A program made the translations under genes and the position numbers. A DNA stretch of 64,000 nucleotides, from the NCBI GenBank assembly GCA_963707875.1, contig CAVPRU010000014.1, forward strand, positions 375,766-439,765. Direction: 5' to 3'. The DNA is from an uncultured Gemmatimonadales bacterium (GTDB lineage Bacteria > Gemmatimonadota > Gemmatimonadetes > Gemmatimonadales > GWC2-71-9). Below, in pieces: positions 28,591 to 37,637 of the stretch. The notes beneath the pieces were generated by a model that searched no databases, was not told where the DNA came from, and saw nothing but the letters and a program-made list of their open reading frames with translations. The first letter of the stretch is position 1. Every line of letters starts with the position of its first letter.

Positions 28591-31275
28591 GTACCGAGCT
28601 CCCCCCGCAATACCAGCCGGCGGAGATCGAGCGGGCACTCTACTGCCTGGTGGGAATCCCGGCAGCTCTGGCGGGCCAGCGCCGACGGCCGCCGGAACGG
28701 GTACGTCGTCATGCTCCCGCCGCCCAACGTCACCGCCAGTCTTCACATGGGGCACGGGCTCAATCAGACCATCCAGGACGCCCTGGTCCGGTTCGAGCGG
28801 ATGCGGGGGCGCGCGGCCCTCTGGCTCCCCGGCACCGATCACGCCGGGATCGCCACCCAGAACGTGGTGGAGCGGAGCCTGCGGGACGCGGGACGCACCC
28901 GATTCGACCTGGGACGCGATGCGTTCGTGGAACGCGTCTGGTCTCACGTTCGCGACACCGGCCAGACGATTCTCCAGCAGATGCGCGGGATCGGCTCCTC
29001 CTGCGACTGGTCCCGGACCTACTTCACCCTGGACGACGGGCTCTCCCGGGCGGTCCGGGAGGTCTTCGTCCGGCTGTACGAGAAGGACCTGATCTACCGG
29101 GGCAAGTACATCATCAACTGGTGTCCCCGATGCCTGACCGCGCTCTCCAACGAGGAGGCGGAGAAGGAGGAGGTCGGCCGGCAAGCTCTGGCACCTCCGC
29201 TATCCACTGGAGGGCGGCGGCCATCTGGTGGTCGCCACCACCCGGCCGGAGACCATGCTGGGCGATACCGGAGTGGCGGTCCATCCGGACGACCCCCGAT
29301 ACCGGAACCTGGTGGGCCGGCAGATCCGGTTGCCGCTGGCCGACCGGATCATTCCGGTGGTGGCCGACGCCGCCGTCGACCCGGCGTTCGGTACCGGCGC
29401 CGTCAAGCTGACGCCCGGCCCACGACCAGCTCGACTTCGAGATCGCCAGCCGGGTCGGGGTCGAAGCGCTCGACGTGCTGACGCCAGAGGCCCGGATGAA
29501 CGACGCCGTCCCCGAGCCGTTCCGGGGGCTCGAGGCGGTCGAGGCGCGCCGTCGGGTGGTGGCGCGAGTTCGAACGGCTGGGTCTGCTGGAGAAGGTGGT
29601 GGAGCATCACCCACTCGGTGGGCCACTGCTACCGCTGTCACACCGTGGTGCAGCCGCGGCTCTCGGAGCAGTGGTTCGTCCGGATGGCGCCGCTGGCCGG
29701 CCCCCGCGCTCGAGGCCTACCGGAGCGGCAAGCTGCGGTTCATCCCCGAGCGCCGCGGTGAGGAGTACGCCCACTGGATGGAGAACATCCGGGACTGGTG
29801 CATCTCCCGGCAGATCTGGTGGGGTCACCGGATCCCGGTCTGGTACTGTGACGCGCCGTCCTGCGGCGGAATCCACCCCAGCCGGACCGATCTGACCCGG
29901 TGCCCATCCTGTGGCGGGCCGGTCCGCCAGGACGAGGACGTCCTCGACACCTGGTTCAGCTCCCAGCTGGTGCCGTTCAGCGCCCTCGGCTGGCCCGAGC
30001 AGACCGATGACCTGAAGGCCTTCTATCCCGGGCACCTGCTGGTCACCGCCCCCGAGATCCTGTTCTTCTGGGTGGCCCGAATGGTGATGATCGGGATCGA
30101 GTTCATGGGGGAGATTCCCTTCGACACGGTCTACCTCCACGGGACGGTGCGCGACACCGAGCACCGCAAGATGTCCAAGTCGCTCGGCAACGGGATCGAT
30201 CCTCTGGACGTGATCGAACGCTACGGAGCCGACGCGCTGCGGTATACCGTGCTGGCCGGCGCAGCGGTGGGCACCGACCTGGTGCTCGACCACCGGGATC
30301 TGGACGGCTCGTTCGCGGCCGGACGGAACTTTGCCAACAAGCTGTGGAACGCAGGCCGCTTTCTGCTGTCCAATCTGGGCGCCACGGTGCGACCCCTCGC
30401 CGGCGGCTCGGCGGTCGTCGTGCGCCGCAAGGAACTCACGCTCGCCGATCGGTGGATCATCGCCCGCTGCGACCAGACGGTTCGGGAAGCCACCCAGGCC
30501 TATCAGCGGTTTCGGCTCAACGAGGCGGTGGCCACGGTGTACCGGTTCATCTGGGATGACCTGGCCGACTGGTACATCGAGCAGGTCAAGCCCCGGCTCT
30601 ACCGGGATGAGCCGGGTGCCGACGTGGCGCAGGCGGTATTGGCGCAGACCTTCGACGTGGCCTTGCGGCTGCTGCACCCGGTGATGCCCTTCATCACCGA
30701 GACCCTCTGGCGCCGCCTTCCGGCTCGGGGCCCGCGAGGCCTCGATCTCCACCCAGGCGTGGCCCGAGCCCGATGACCGGGCCCCCGATCCAGGGGCGCT
30801 GGCCGACTTCGCCCTGGTGCAGGCCGTGGTCGGGGCGGTTCGCTCCCTCCGGGCCGAGTACGGGGTGCCGCCCGGCAAGTCGGTGCGACTCCTCGTCGGA
30901 TCGCCGTCAGCCGCCGCCCGGCGGGCGATCGGTCTGGAACTGGGGACGGTGCGCCGGCTGGCCAAGCTCTCCGAGTTGAGCTTCGGTTCGCCGACCGACG
31001 GCACCGCGGTCGGCAGCACCGTGCTGCCGGACGGCACCGTGGTGGCGGTACCGCTCGGCGATCTGGTGGACATCGAGCGGGAGTGCGCCCGACTGGGAGA
31101 GGAGGTCAGCCGACTGGGGGAACTGGTTCGAGGGCAGGAGGGGAAACTGGCCAACCCGCAGTTCGTGTCCCGGGCCCCGTCCGAGGTGGTGAAACGGGAG
31201 CGAGAGAAACTGGCCTCCTGGCAGGGACAGGTGCAGGCCCTCACGCAGAAGCGGCAGGAGCTCGGTTGCGGCTGA
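28587..31275 (+). pseudogene. valS: valine--tRNA ligase, broken into 8 frame segments by 7 single-base insertions (as sequenced)
   Basis: Reading order of the segments:
- MSTELPPQYQPAEIERALY (frame 0)
- AWWESRQLW..GYVVMLPPPNVTASLHMGHG...[23 protein letters not shown] (frame 1)
- [39 protein letters not shown]...GTGAVKLTP (frame 2)
- [10 protein letters not shown]...[11 protein letters not shown] (frame 0)
- [15 protein letters not shown] (frame 1)
- [29 protein letters not shown] (frame 2)
- [17 protein letters not shown]...DWCISRQIWWGHRIP...KMSKSLGN...ETLWRRLP (frame 0)
- GAREASISTQAWP...coiled-coil C-terminus (frame 1)

The shifts lie near 28644, 29176, 29417, 29565, 29610, 29699 and 30727. 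Confidence 0.9.
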
Positions 31276-32549
31276 GGACCGGGCTCGCCCCGCTGCTGCT
31301 CGCGGCCTGCGCCCATATCGTCCCACCGCCGGGTGGCCCGGAGGATCGGGTGGCACCGGTGCTGACCGCGACCACCCCCGATTCGCTCGCCAGTCTCCCA
31401 GGCTTCAAGGGCAGTGTCGAGTTCAAGTTTGACGAGGTGGTCTCCGAAGGGCAGCAGCCCAATTTCGGCCTCGGCACCGGAACGCTCGAGAAGCTGATCC
31501 TGCTGTCGCCAGGCCTCGAGGTTCCGAACGTGAAGTGGCGCCGGAGCCGGATCGTGGTTTCCCCGCGCGAGGGCTGGCTGCCGAACACGACCTACCGGGT
31601 GGAGCTGCTCCCCGGGGTTCAGGACCTGCGCAACAACACCCTCAAGCACGGGGCCGTGGTCACCTTCACCACCGGCACCGAGTTGCCGACCGATACCCTG
31701 CGGGGCCGGGCGGTGGACTGGACCACCTCCCGCCCTGCCCCGGGCGCCCTGGTGATGGCGGTCCTCGAACCTGACAGCCAGGCCTATCGCACCACCGCCG
31801 ATTCGACCGGCCGATTCGTCCTGGGTCCGCTGCCGCGCGGCGAGTACCTGGTGTACGCCGTGCTCGATCAGAACCGCAACCTCCGGCCGGACCCCCGGGA
31901 GAACTTCGACTCTCTCCGGGTGGCTGCGGGGCGGGACTCCGTCGGGGAGCTGTGGGCGTTCCGGCATGACAGTACTGCGGCCCGCATTCGCGACCTGGGC
32001 GTGGCCGACAGCGTGACCATCACCGCCGGCTTTACCCTCCAGCTCGATCCCACCCAGCGACTCGTTCCCGACTCGGTGCAGGTCCTGGCGCTTCCTGACT
32101 CGGTCCCACTCGCGGTGCTGGGGGCGCTCCCAACGGAGGCGTTCGACAGCGCCTTCCCGCCGGCACCACCCAAGCGGGACAGCACCGCCGCCGACCCGAC
32201 TGCGGTTGATACCCTGCCACCGCCGCCGACCGACCCGACACCAACCCGTCCTCAGGCACGGTTGACCGGGCCCCGCGCACCGGCCCGGGACACGACCGAC
32301 ATGGCGCCCCTCACCACCCGGCCGAAGCTGTATGACCAGTTGCGCATCCGGGTCGCGGAACCGCTCACTTCCGAGGGACGCTATCTGGTGCGCTTCCTGG
32401 GTCTCCGGACCGTGAGCGGCATCGAGGGCCCGGCGAGCCTGAGTCTGATTGCGCCGGTCCGTCGGCCCCCACCAGCGATTCCGGACACCACCGCAGCACC
32501 CGATTCGACCCGGCCGCCACCACCGACCATTCCACCTCGGGCCCGATGA
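31266..32549 (+). CDS. Ig-like (SbsA/Big_5-like) domain lipoprotein with Pro/Thr-rich C-terminal region
   Basis: Lipobox LAPLLLAAC|AHIVPPPGGPEDRVAP. The pattern FDEVV...V.L.P.L...T.Y.V.L..G..D...N is typical of SbsA-type Ig domains. I chose the TTG at 31266, which overlaps the valS end. The ORF-track start at 31083 lies inside valS. Confidence 0.6.
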   Translation: MRLRTGLAPLLLAACAHIVPPPGGPEDRVAPVLTATTPDSLASLPGFKGSVEFKFDEVVSEGQQPNFGLGTGTLEKLILLSPGLEVPNVKWRRSRIVVSPREGWLPNTTYRVELLPGVQDLRNNTLKHGAVVTFTTGTELPTDTLRGRAVDWTTSRPAPGALVMAVLEPDSQAYRTTADSTGRFVLGPLPRGEYLVYAVLDQNRNLRPDPRENFDSLRVAAGRDSVGELWAFRHDSTAARIRDLGVADSVTITAGFTLQLDPTQRLVPDSVQVLALPDSVPLAVLGALPTEAFDSAFPPAPPKRDSTAADPTAVDTLPPPPTDPTPTRPQARLTGPRAPARDTTDMAPLTTRPKLYDQLRIRVAEPLTSEGRYLVRFLGLRTVSGIEGPASLSLIAPVRRPPPAIPDTTAAPDSTRPPPPTIPPRAR

Positions 32550-33901
32550 CCGATCCACGGCGGCAGCTCCCCTCGGTCGACCGGCTGCTGGCCCTCCCGG
32601 CGATCCAGGGGCTGGCCCCCGATGCCCCACGCGCGGTGCTGCTGGAAGCGATTCGGGCGGCGCTCGATGAAGTCCGCTCCGGAGCCGCCGAACCACCCGA
32701 GGATTGGGTCGACACGGTCCGACACCATCTGACCACACGACTCACGTCGTCACTTCGCCCGGTGCTCAACGCCACCGGCATCGTGTTGCACACGAATCTC
32801 GGTCGGGCGCCGCTGGCCTCGAGCGCGATCGCCGCGATGGTCGAGGTCGCTCGGGGCTACTCCACCCTGGAGTTCGACCTCGCCACCGGCCGGCGGGGCA
32901 GCCGGGCGGATCACTGCGGCCCGCTCCTCGCCGCCTTGGCGGGCGCCGCCGCCGGCCTGGTGGTCAACAACGCGGCGGCGGCCCTGGTGCTCGCCCTCAA
33001 CGCCCACGCCGATGGGCGGGAGGTGCTGATCTCTCGCGGGGAGCTGATCGAAATCGGGGGCGCCTTCCGGATCCCGGACATTCTGGAGAAGAGTGGCGCC
33101 TCCCTCCGGGAGGTCGGCACCACCAACCGGACCCATGTCGACGACTACCGCAAGGCACTCTCCGACCGGACCGGGGCAATCCTCACCGTCCATCGGTCCA
33201 ACTTCGAACTGCGGGGCTATGTCACCACCCCCGCTCCAGCCACCATCGGTGCCCTGGCTCAGGAACACGGAATCCCTTTCCTGCACGATCTCGGCAGCGG
33301 CCTGATGATGGACCTCTCCCCCTGGGGTCTCAGCGGGGAGCCGTTGGTGAGGGAGTCGATGGCGACCGGGGCGGACCTGGTCATCTTTTCGGGCGACAAG
33401 CTGCTCGGAGGCCCTCAGGCGGGCTGCCTGGTGGGGACCAGCACGGCGATCGCCTCCTGTCGGGCCAATCCGCATGCCCGAGCGGCACGGGCGGACAAGT
33501 TCACCCTGGCGGCGCTCGAGGCGACCCTGTCGCTCTACCACGACCCCGAGCGGGCCCGGGCCGAGATCCCGATTCTCGCCATGCTCACGGCGGACGTCGG
33601 CAGACTCGCGACCCGGGCCGCCCAGCTGCACCGCAGGGTGCCGTCCCGGTTTCATGCCACCTTGCAGTCGGGAGCGTCCGCGGTCGGCGGGGGATCGTTC
33701 CCGACCGCTGTGCTGCCCACCACGCTGGTGGCGCTCACCCCTGGGACGGAGGGCGCCGACGCCCTGTCGGCGAGGTTGCGGTCCGGGTCGGTGCCACTGA
33801 TCACCCGGATCGCCGACGGCCTAGTACTTCTCGATTGCCGCACCCTGCTCCCCGGCACCGAGGACCTGGTCCTCCAGGCGCTGGAAGCCGCGGCCGAGTG
33901 A
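32546..33901 (+). CDS. selA: L-seryl-tRNA(Sec) selenium transferase
   Basis: LPSVDRLL..P.......R...LEAIR..LDE.R, LRPVLNATGIVLHTNLGRAPL, and FSGDKLLGGPQAG (PLP lysine). The ATG overlaps the upstream stop (ATGA). Confidence 0.88.
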   Translation: MTDPRRQLPSVDRLLALPAIQGLAPDAPRAVLLEAIRAALDEVRSGAAEPPEDWVDTVRHHLTTRLTSSLRPVLNATGIVLHTNLGRAPLASSAIAAMVEVARGYSTLEFDLATGRRGSRADHCGPLLAALAGAAAGLVVNNAAAALVLALNAHADGREVLISRGELIEIGGAFRIPDILEKSGASLREVGTTNRTHVDDYRKALSDRTGAILTVHRSNFELRGYVTTPAPATIGALAQEHGIPFLHDLGSGLMMDLSPWGLSGEPLVRESMATGADLVIFSGDKLLGGPQAGCLVGTSTAIASCRANPHARAARADKFTLAALEATLSLYHDPERARAEIPILAMLTADVGRLATRAAQLHRRVPSRFHATLQSGASAVGGGSFPTAVLPTTLVALTPGTEGADALSARLRSGSVPLITRIADGLVLLDCRTLLPGTEDLVLQALEAAAE

Positions 33902-34440
33902 CAGGGAGCCGGGCGGTCTTCCTGGACCGGGATGGCACCATCGTTGAAGACCCAGGCTTCCTCAGGGACCCGAGTCAGGTCCGGCTGCTCCCCGGTGCCG
34001 CCGTGGCGATCCGTCGACTGCAGGAGGGCGGCTGGCGGGTAGTCGTGGTGACCAATCAGTCCGGTATTGCCCGGGGGCTGGTCACGGAAGCCGAGGTTCA
34101 GGAAGTAGACCGGCGGATCCGGGAGTTGCTGAAGCAGGAGGGGGCCGGGATCGATGCCAGCTATCATTGCCCCCACCTGCCGGAAATCACCGGGTGGTGC
34201 GAATGCCGGAAGCCCGGCATCGGCCATTACCGTTCCGCCGCGGCCCGTTTCGGAATCGAGTTCAGGGACTCGGTGTGGGTGGGCGATCGGATCACCGACC
34301 TCCTCCCCGGGACGGCGCTGGGGGGCCGGGGTGTTCTGGTCCTCACGGGCGAGGGAGTCCGCCATGCCCAAGAGGCCGGCCGCGGCGGGTTTCCAGTGGT
34401 CGAGGATCTGTCGGCGGCAGCGAACCTGATTCTCAGCTAA
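33898..34440 (+). CDS. gmhB: D-glycero-D-manno-heptose 1,7-bisphosphate phosphatase-like HAD-IIIA hydrolase
   Basis: AVFLDRDGTI (DxDxT), VVVTNQSGIARG, the zinc-site pattern CPHLP....CECRKP, and VGDR.TD. GTG 33898 overlaps the selA stop (GTGA). Confidence 0.8.
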   Translation: MTGSRAVFLDRDGTIVEDPGFLRDPSQVRLLPGAAVAIRRLQEGGWRVVVVTNQSGIARGLVTEAEVQEVDRRIRELLKQEGAGIDASYHCPHLPEITGWCECRKPGIGHYRSAAARFGIEFRDSVWVGDRITDLLPGTALGGRGVLVLTGEGVRHAQEAGRGGFPVVEDLSAAANLILS

Positions 34441-35431
34441 CCCCCCGAGGGCCCCCACCAACCAGCTGATTGGCACGATCGTCCCAGCGCCACGCCGGTT
34501 CAGGCCCCTCCAGCAGCACGCCGCCGTGCCATTGCGATGGGCTGCAGAGATGATACCAGTCGGCTTTCCCCCCCATCACCAGATGGCCCTCGAGGGTCAG
34601 CTCGAAGCGGGTTGCCAGGAAGCCCGGGTCCGATACTGCCGGTACCGCCTCGCCGCTTGGCTCCAGCAGTGGATCCGGTCCCTGCGTCAGGAGCCGGAGC
34701 TTGGCGAACAGCATCGTGTCACCCAGCCAGGGAGCGTCCTCGAATCGCTGCACCACCTCGAAGATGTCCCGCGGGCGATCGGCCCCCGCCACGACACCCT
34801 GAAGGGCCAACTGCTCGGTCAGACCCAGACCGTTGCGGACGCAGGGAAACTCCGCCAGATGTCGCTGGAGGGCCATCGCCAGAAACGGCAGTTCCGGGGT
34901 TCCCTCCGCCACCAGCGCCTCGATGGACCGGGGGTCGGCACCCGCCAGGGCCGTCCAACCCAGCCGGCCGGTCTCAAACCCGGCGGCCGTGACCCGCCGG
35001 CGGGTCGGGAAGAGCCCAGCCAGCTGCTCGGCCGACAGCTGGCCCAGCCCCCGGAAGTGGGGCACCTCGGGGTGGGAGCCGATACAGATCAGTGACGTCC
35101 GTTCCGGTGCCCGGGCTTCAAGTCGGGTGAGCAGATACGCCAGAATGCTCTGATCGAACAGATCGTGTTCGAACCAGAGCACCACCTCGTCTTCGTCCGA
35201 GGCGTGCGACAACCACCCATCCGCCACCTCAAGGCCGGACCGGACCTCGGCCAGATCCAGGCCGTATCTGGAGGCGATCCACGGGGCCCTGGCCTCCCGG
35301 CGGGCGGGCTCATCGGGCCAGGGCTCCAGGGGACCGTCGCACAGCGGATCGGACCACTCCGCGACCTGACCGGGCAGGCCGGCCGTGGCGAGCCGCCCTA
35401 GAATGTCTGAGCCACAGCGAAGGTGCAGCAT
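34433..35431 (-). CDS. DUF1835 domain-containing protein
   Basis: The N-terminus MLHLRCGSDILGRL...EWSDPLCDGPL and LWFEHDLFDQSILAYLL are characteristic of DUF1835, with a DUF3658-like C-terminal region. Confidence 0.7.
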   Translation of the reverse strand: MLHLRCGSDILGRLATAGLPGQVAEWSDPLCDGPLEPWPDEPARREARAPWIASRYGLDLAEVRSGLEVADGWLSHASDEDEVVLWFEHDLFDQSILAYLLTRLEARAPERTSLICIGSHPEVPHFRGLGQLSAEQLAGLFPTRRRVTAAGFETGRLGWTALAGADPRSIEALVAEGTPELPFLAMALQRHLAEFPCVRNGLGLTEQLALQGVVAGADRPRDIFEVVQRFEDAPWLGDTMLFAKLRLLTQGPDPLLEPSGEAVPAVSDPGFLATRFELTLEGHLVMGGKADWYHLCSPSQWHGGVLLEGPEPAWRWDDRANQLVGGGPRGVS

Positions 35432-35457
35432 CGATCGTCTTCCGCTCCTAGGCGACC

Positions 35458-36090
35458 GTGGGTCGCACGATTACGTTTGGCGCTGTGTCATTCCACGTGG
35501 CGGTTGCGGCCTCGGGCAAGGGAAGCAACCTCGATGCGTTGCTCCGGGCCCTGGGCCCCGAAGGACCGATCAGCGTCGACCTGGTGGTCAGCAACCGGGG
35601 CGACGTCGGCGCCGTGGCCCTGGCCCGGATTCACGGGATTCCCACCGCCGTGATGGGGGATCCGGACGATGCCCGGGCCTGGCTGGCCGCCCTGGCGATG
35701 CGGCCGATCGACCTGCTTGTGCTGGCCGGATACCTGAAGATGGTTCCGGCGCCCGTGGTGCGGGCGTTTCAGGGCCGGATCATCAACATCCACCCTGCCC
35801 TGCTGCCCCGCCACGGCGGACCAGGGATGTACGGACGACGGGTGCACGAGGCGGTCCTGGCGGCCCGGGACCAGGAATCCGGCGCCACCGTCCACCTGGT
35901 GACTGAAGAATATGACCGCGGACCGATCCTGGCACAGGGCCGAGTGAAGGTCCAGCCGGGGGAGACATCCGAAACCCTGGCGGCCAGAGTGCTCGCGGTG
36001 GAGCACCGGCTGCTCCCCGAAGCGGTCCAGCGCGCCGCTCAGGCGGGCAGACCGGTGCCATTCGAATTCGAATGGGTGGAAACGACCTGA
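35458..36090 (+). CDS. purN: phosphoribosylglycinamide formyltransferase
   Basis: VAVAASGKGSNLDALL, LLVLAGYLKMV, INIHPALLPRHGG.G.YG..VHEAVL, and ATVHLVTEEYDRGPIL. The start may be an internal GTG a few codons downstream. Confidence 0.9.
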   Translation: MGRTITFGAVSFHVAVAASGKGSNLDALLRALGPEGPISVDLVVSNRGDVGAVALARIHGIPTAVMGDPDDARAWLAALAMRPIDLLVLAGYLKMVPAPVVRAFQGRIINIHPALLPRHGGPGMYGRRVHEAVLAARDQESGATVHLVTEEYDRGPILAQGRVKVQPGETSETLAARVLAVEHRLLPEAVQRAAQAGRPVPFEFEWVETT

Positions 36091-36100
36091 GAGAGTCCCC

Positions 36101-37630
36101 ATGCCTCGTGCTTTGATTTCCGTCAGCGACAAGCGCGGGATCGTCGGCTTCGCCCGCGGTCTGATCGACCTGGGGTGGGAGGTCATCTCCACCGGGGGGA
36201 CCGCGGCCACGCTGCGGAAGGCAGGCCTCCCGGTCAGGGAGGTCGCCGAGATTACCGGATTCCCCGAGATCATGGACGGGCGGGTCAAGACCCTCCACCC
36301 GCGGATCCACGCCGGGTTGCTGGCGCGACGCGATGCCCCGACCCACCTGGAAGCCCTCGCTGAGCACCAGATCGAGGCCATCGACCTGGTGGCCGTCAAT
36401 CTCTACCCGTTCCAGAACACCATCGCCAATCCGAATGTGCCGCTGGCCGACGCGATCGAGAACATCGATGTCGGGGGCCCGAGCATGCTGCGGTCGGCGG
36501 CCAAGAACTATGCCCACGTGGTGCCGGTCGTGGACCCCAAGGACTACCCGGCGCTGCTGGAGATGCTGCAGGCGGAGGGGATCTCCGACGACTGCCGCCG
36601 GAACCTGGCCGCCAAGGTCTTTGCCCACCTGGCCGACTATGATGCCGCGGTCGCCAACTACCTCACGATCCCGGGGGACGGCCTGCCGGCCCGAGTGACC
36701 CTGTCGGTCGAGCGACTGCTGCCCCTGCGCTACGGCGAGAACCCCTATCAGCGCGCGGCGCTGTATGCGGCCGAGGAACCACGCGGGATCGGGGATCTCC
36801 GCCAGATGCAGGGCAAGGAACTCAGCTTCAACAATCTGCTCGATATCGACGCGGCGATGATGACGGTGGGTCCGTGGCCCAGCCGGCCCTGCTGTGCCAT
36901 CATCAAACACACCACGCCATGTGGCATCGCCGTCGGGCGCACCGCGCTCGAAGCCCTGCGGAAGGCCCGAGCCACCGATCCGGTCTCCGCCTTCGGATCG
37001 GTCATCGCCTTCAACACGGTGGTGGACCGTACCATCGCCGAGGCGCTGAGTGACCTGTTTGTGGAGGTCGTCGTCGCCCCCACCATCCATGCCGATGCGC
37101 TCGAGGTCTTCCGCCGCAAGAAGAACCTGCGGGCGGTGGAACTGCCGCTCAGCACCAACCCCCAGTCCCTGGACTGGAAGCGGGTGCGCGGGGGCTTCCT
37201 GATCCAGGATCGGTACGCCTTCGACCCGTCCGAGGCCGAGTGGCGGGTTGCCACCTTGCGCCAGCCCACCCCGGCCGAATGGGAGGATCTCCGGTTTGCC
37301 TGGGCCGCCGTCGGCGCAGTCAAGTCCAACGGGATCCTGCTGGCCCGGGATGAGGCGGCGATCGGGATCGGGGCCGGCCAGATGAGCCGGGTCGACGCCG
37401 CCTTCCTGGCGGTTCACAAGGCCCGCCAGCAGGGTCACGATCCGGCGGGCAGCGTGATGGCCTCCGATGCGTTCTTCCCCTTCGCCGATGGACTCGCCGA
37501 CGCCGCCGCCGCCGGGGTGACGGCGGTCATCCAGCCGGGAGGGTCGGTCCGCGATGAGGAGGTCGTGGCCGCCGCCGAACGCCACGGAATGGCGATGGTG
37601 CTCACCGGCCGCCGCCTCTTCCGCCACTGA
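36101..37630 (+). CDS. purH: bifunctional AICAR transformylase / IMP cyclohydrolase
   Basis: [18 protein letters not shown]...G.E.ISTGGTA..L...G..V..V...[18 protein letters not shown] ... the C-terminus ends FRH. Confidence 0.97.
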
Positions 37631-37637
37631 GCCCCCC

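Noticed and set aside
26005-29184. 1059-aa ORF on the minus strand that would extend thrS upstream by about 414 aa.
   Set aside because: The extension is Pro/Arg/Gly-rich junk with no ThrRS similarity. It runs antisense to the BON and valS coding sequence. ThrRS homology starts exactly at MSDVQVTLPDGS (ATG 27942).
28587-31275. Programmed ribosomal frameshifting or transcriptional slippage as an explanation for the valS frame changes.
   Set aside because: Seven sites would be needed, none shares a slippery heptamer or stimulatory structure, and neighbouring genes show the same kind of lesion. Error or decay is far more parsimonious.
29607-32738. 1043-aa uninterrupted minus-strand ORF antisense to valS and the Ig-like lipoprotein gene.
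   Set aside because: It is a typical high-GC shadow ORF. Its composition is extremely biased (R/G/P/A) and it carries no motifs. The plus strand carries clear ValRS and lipoprotein sequence.
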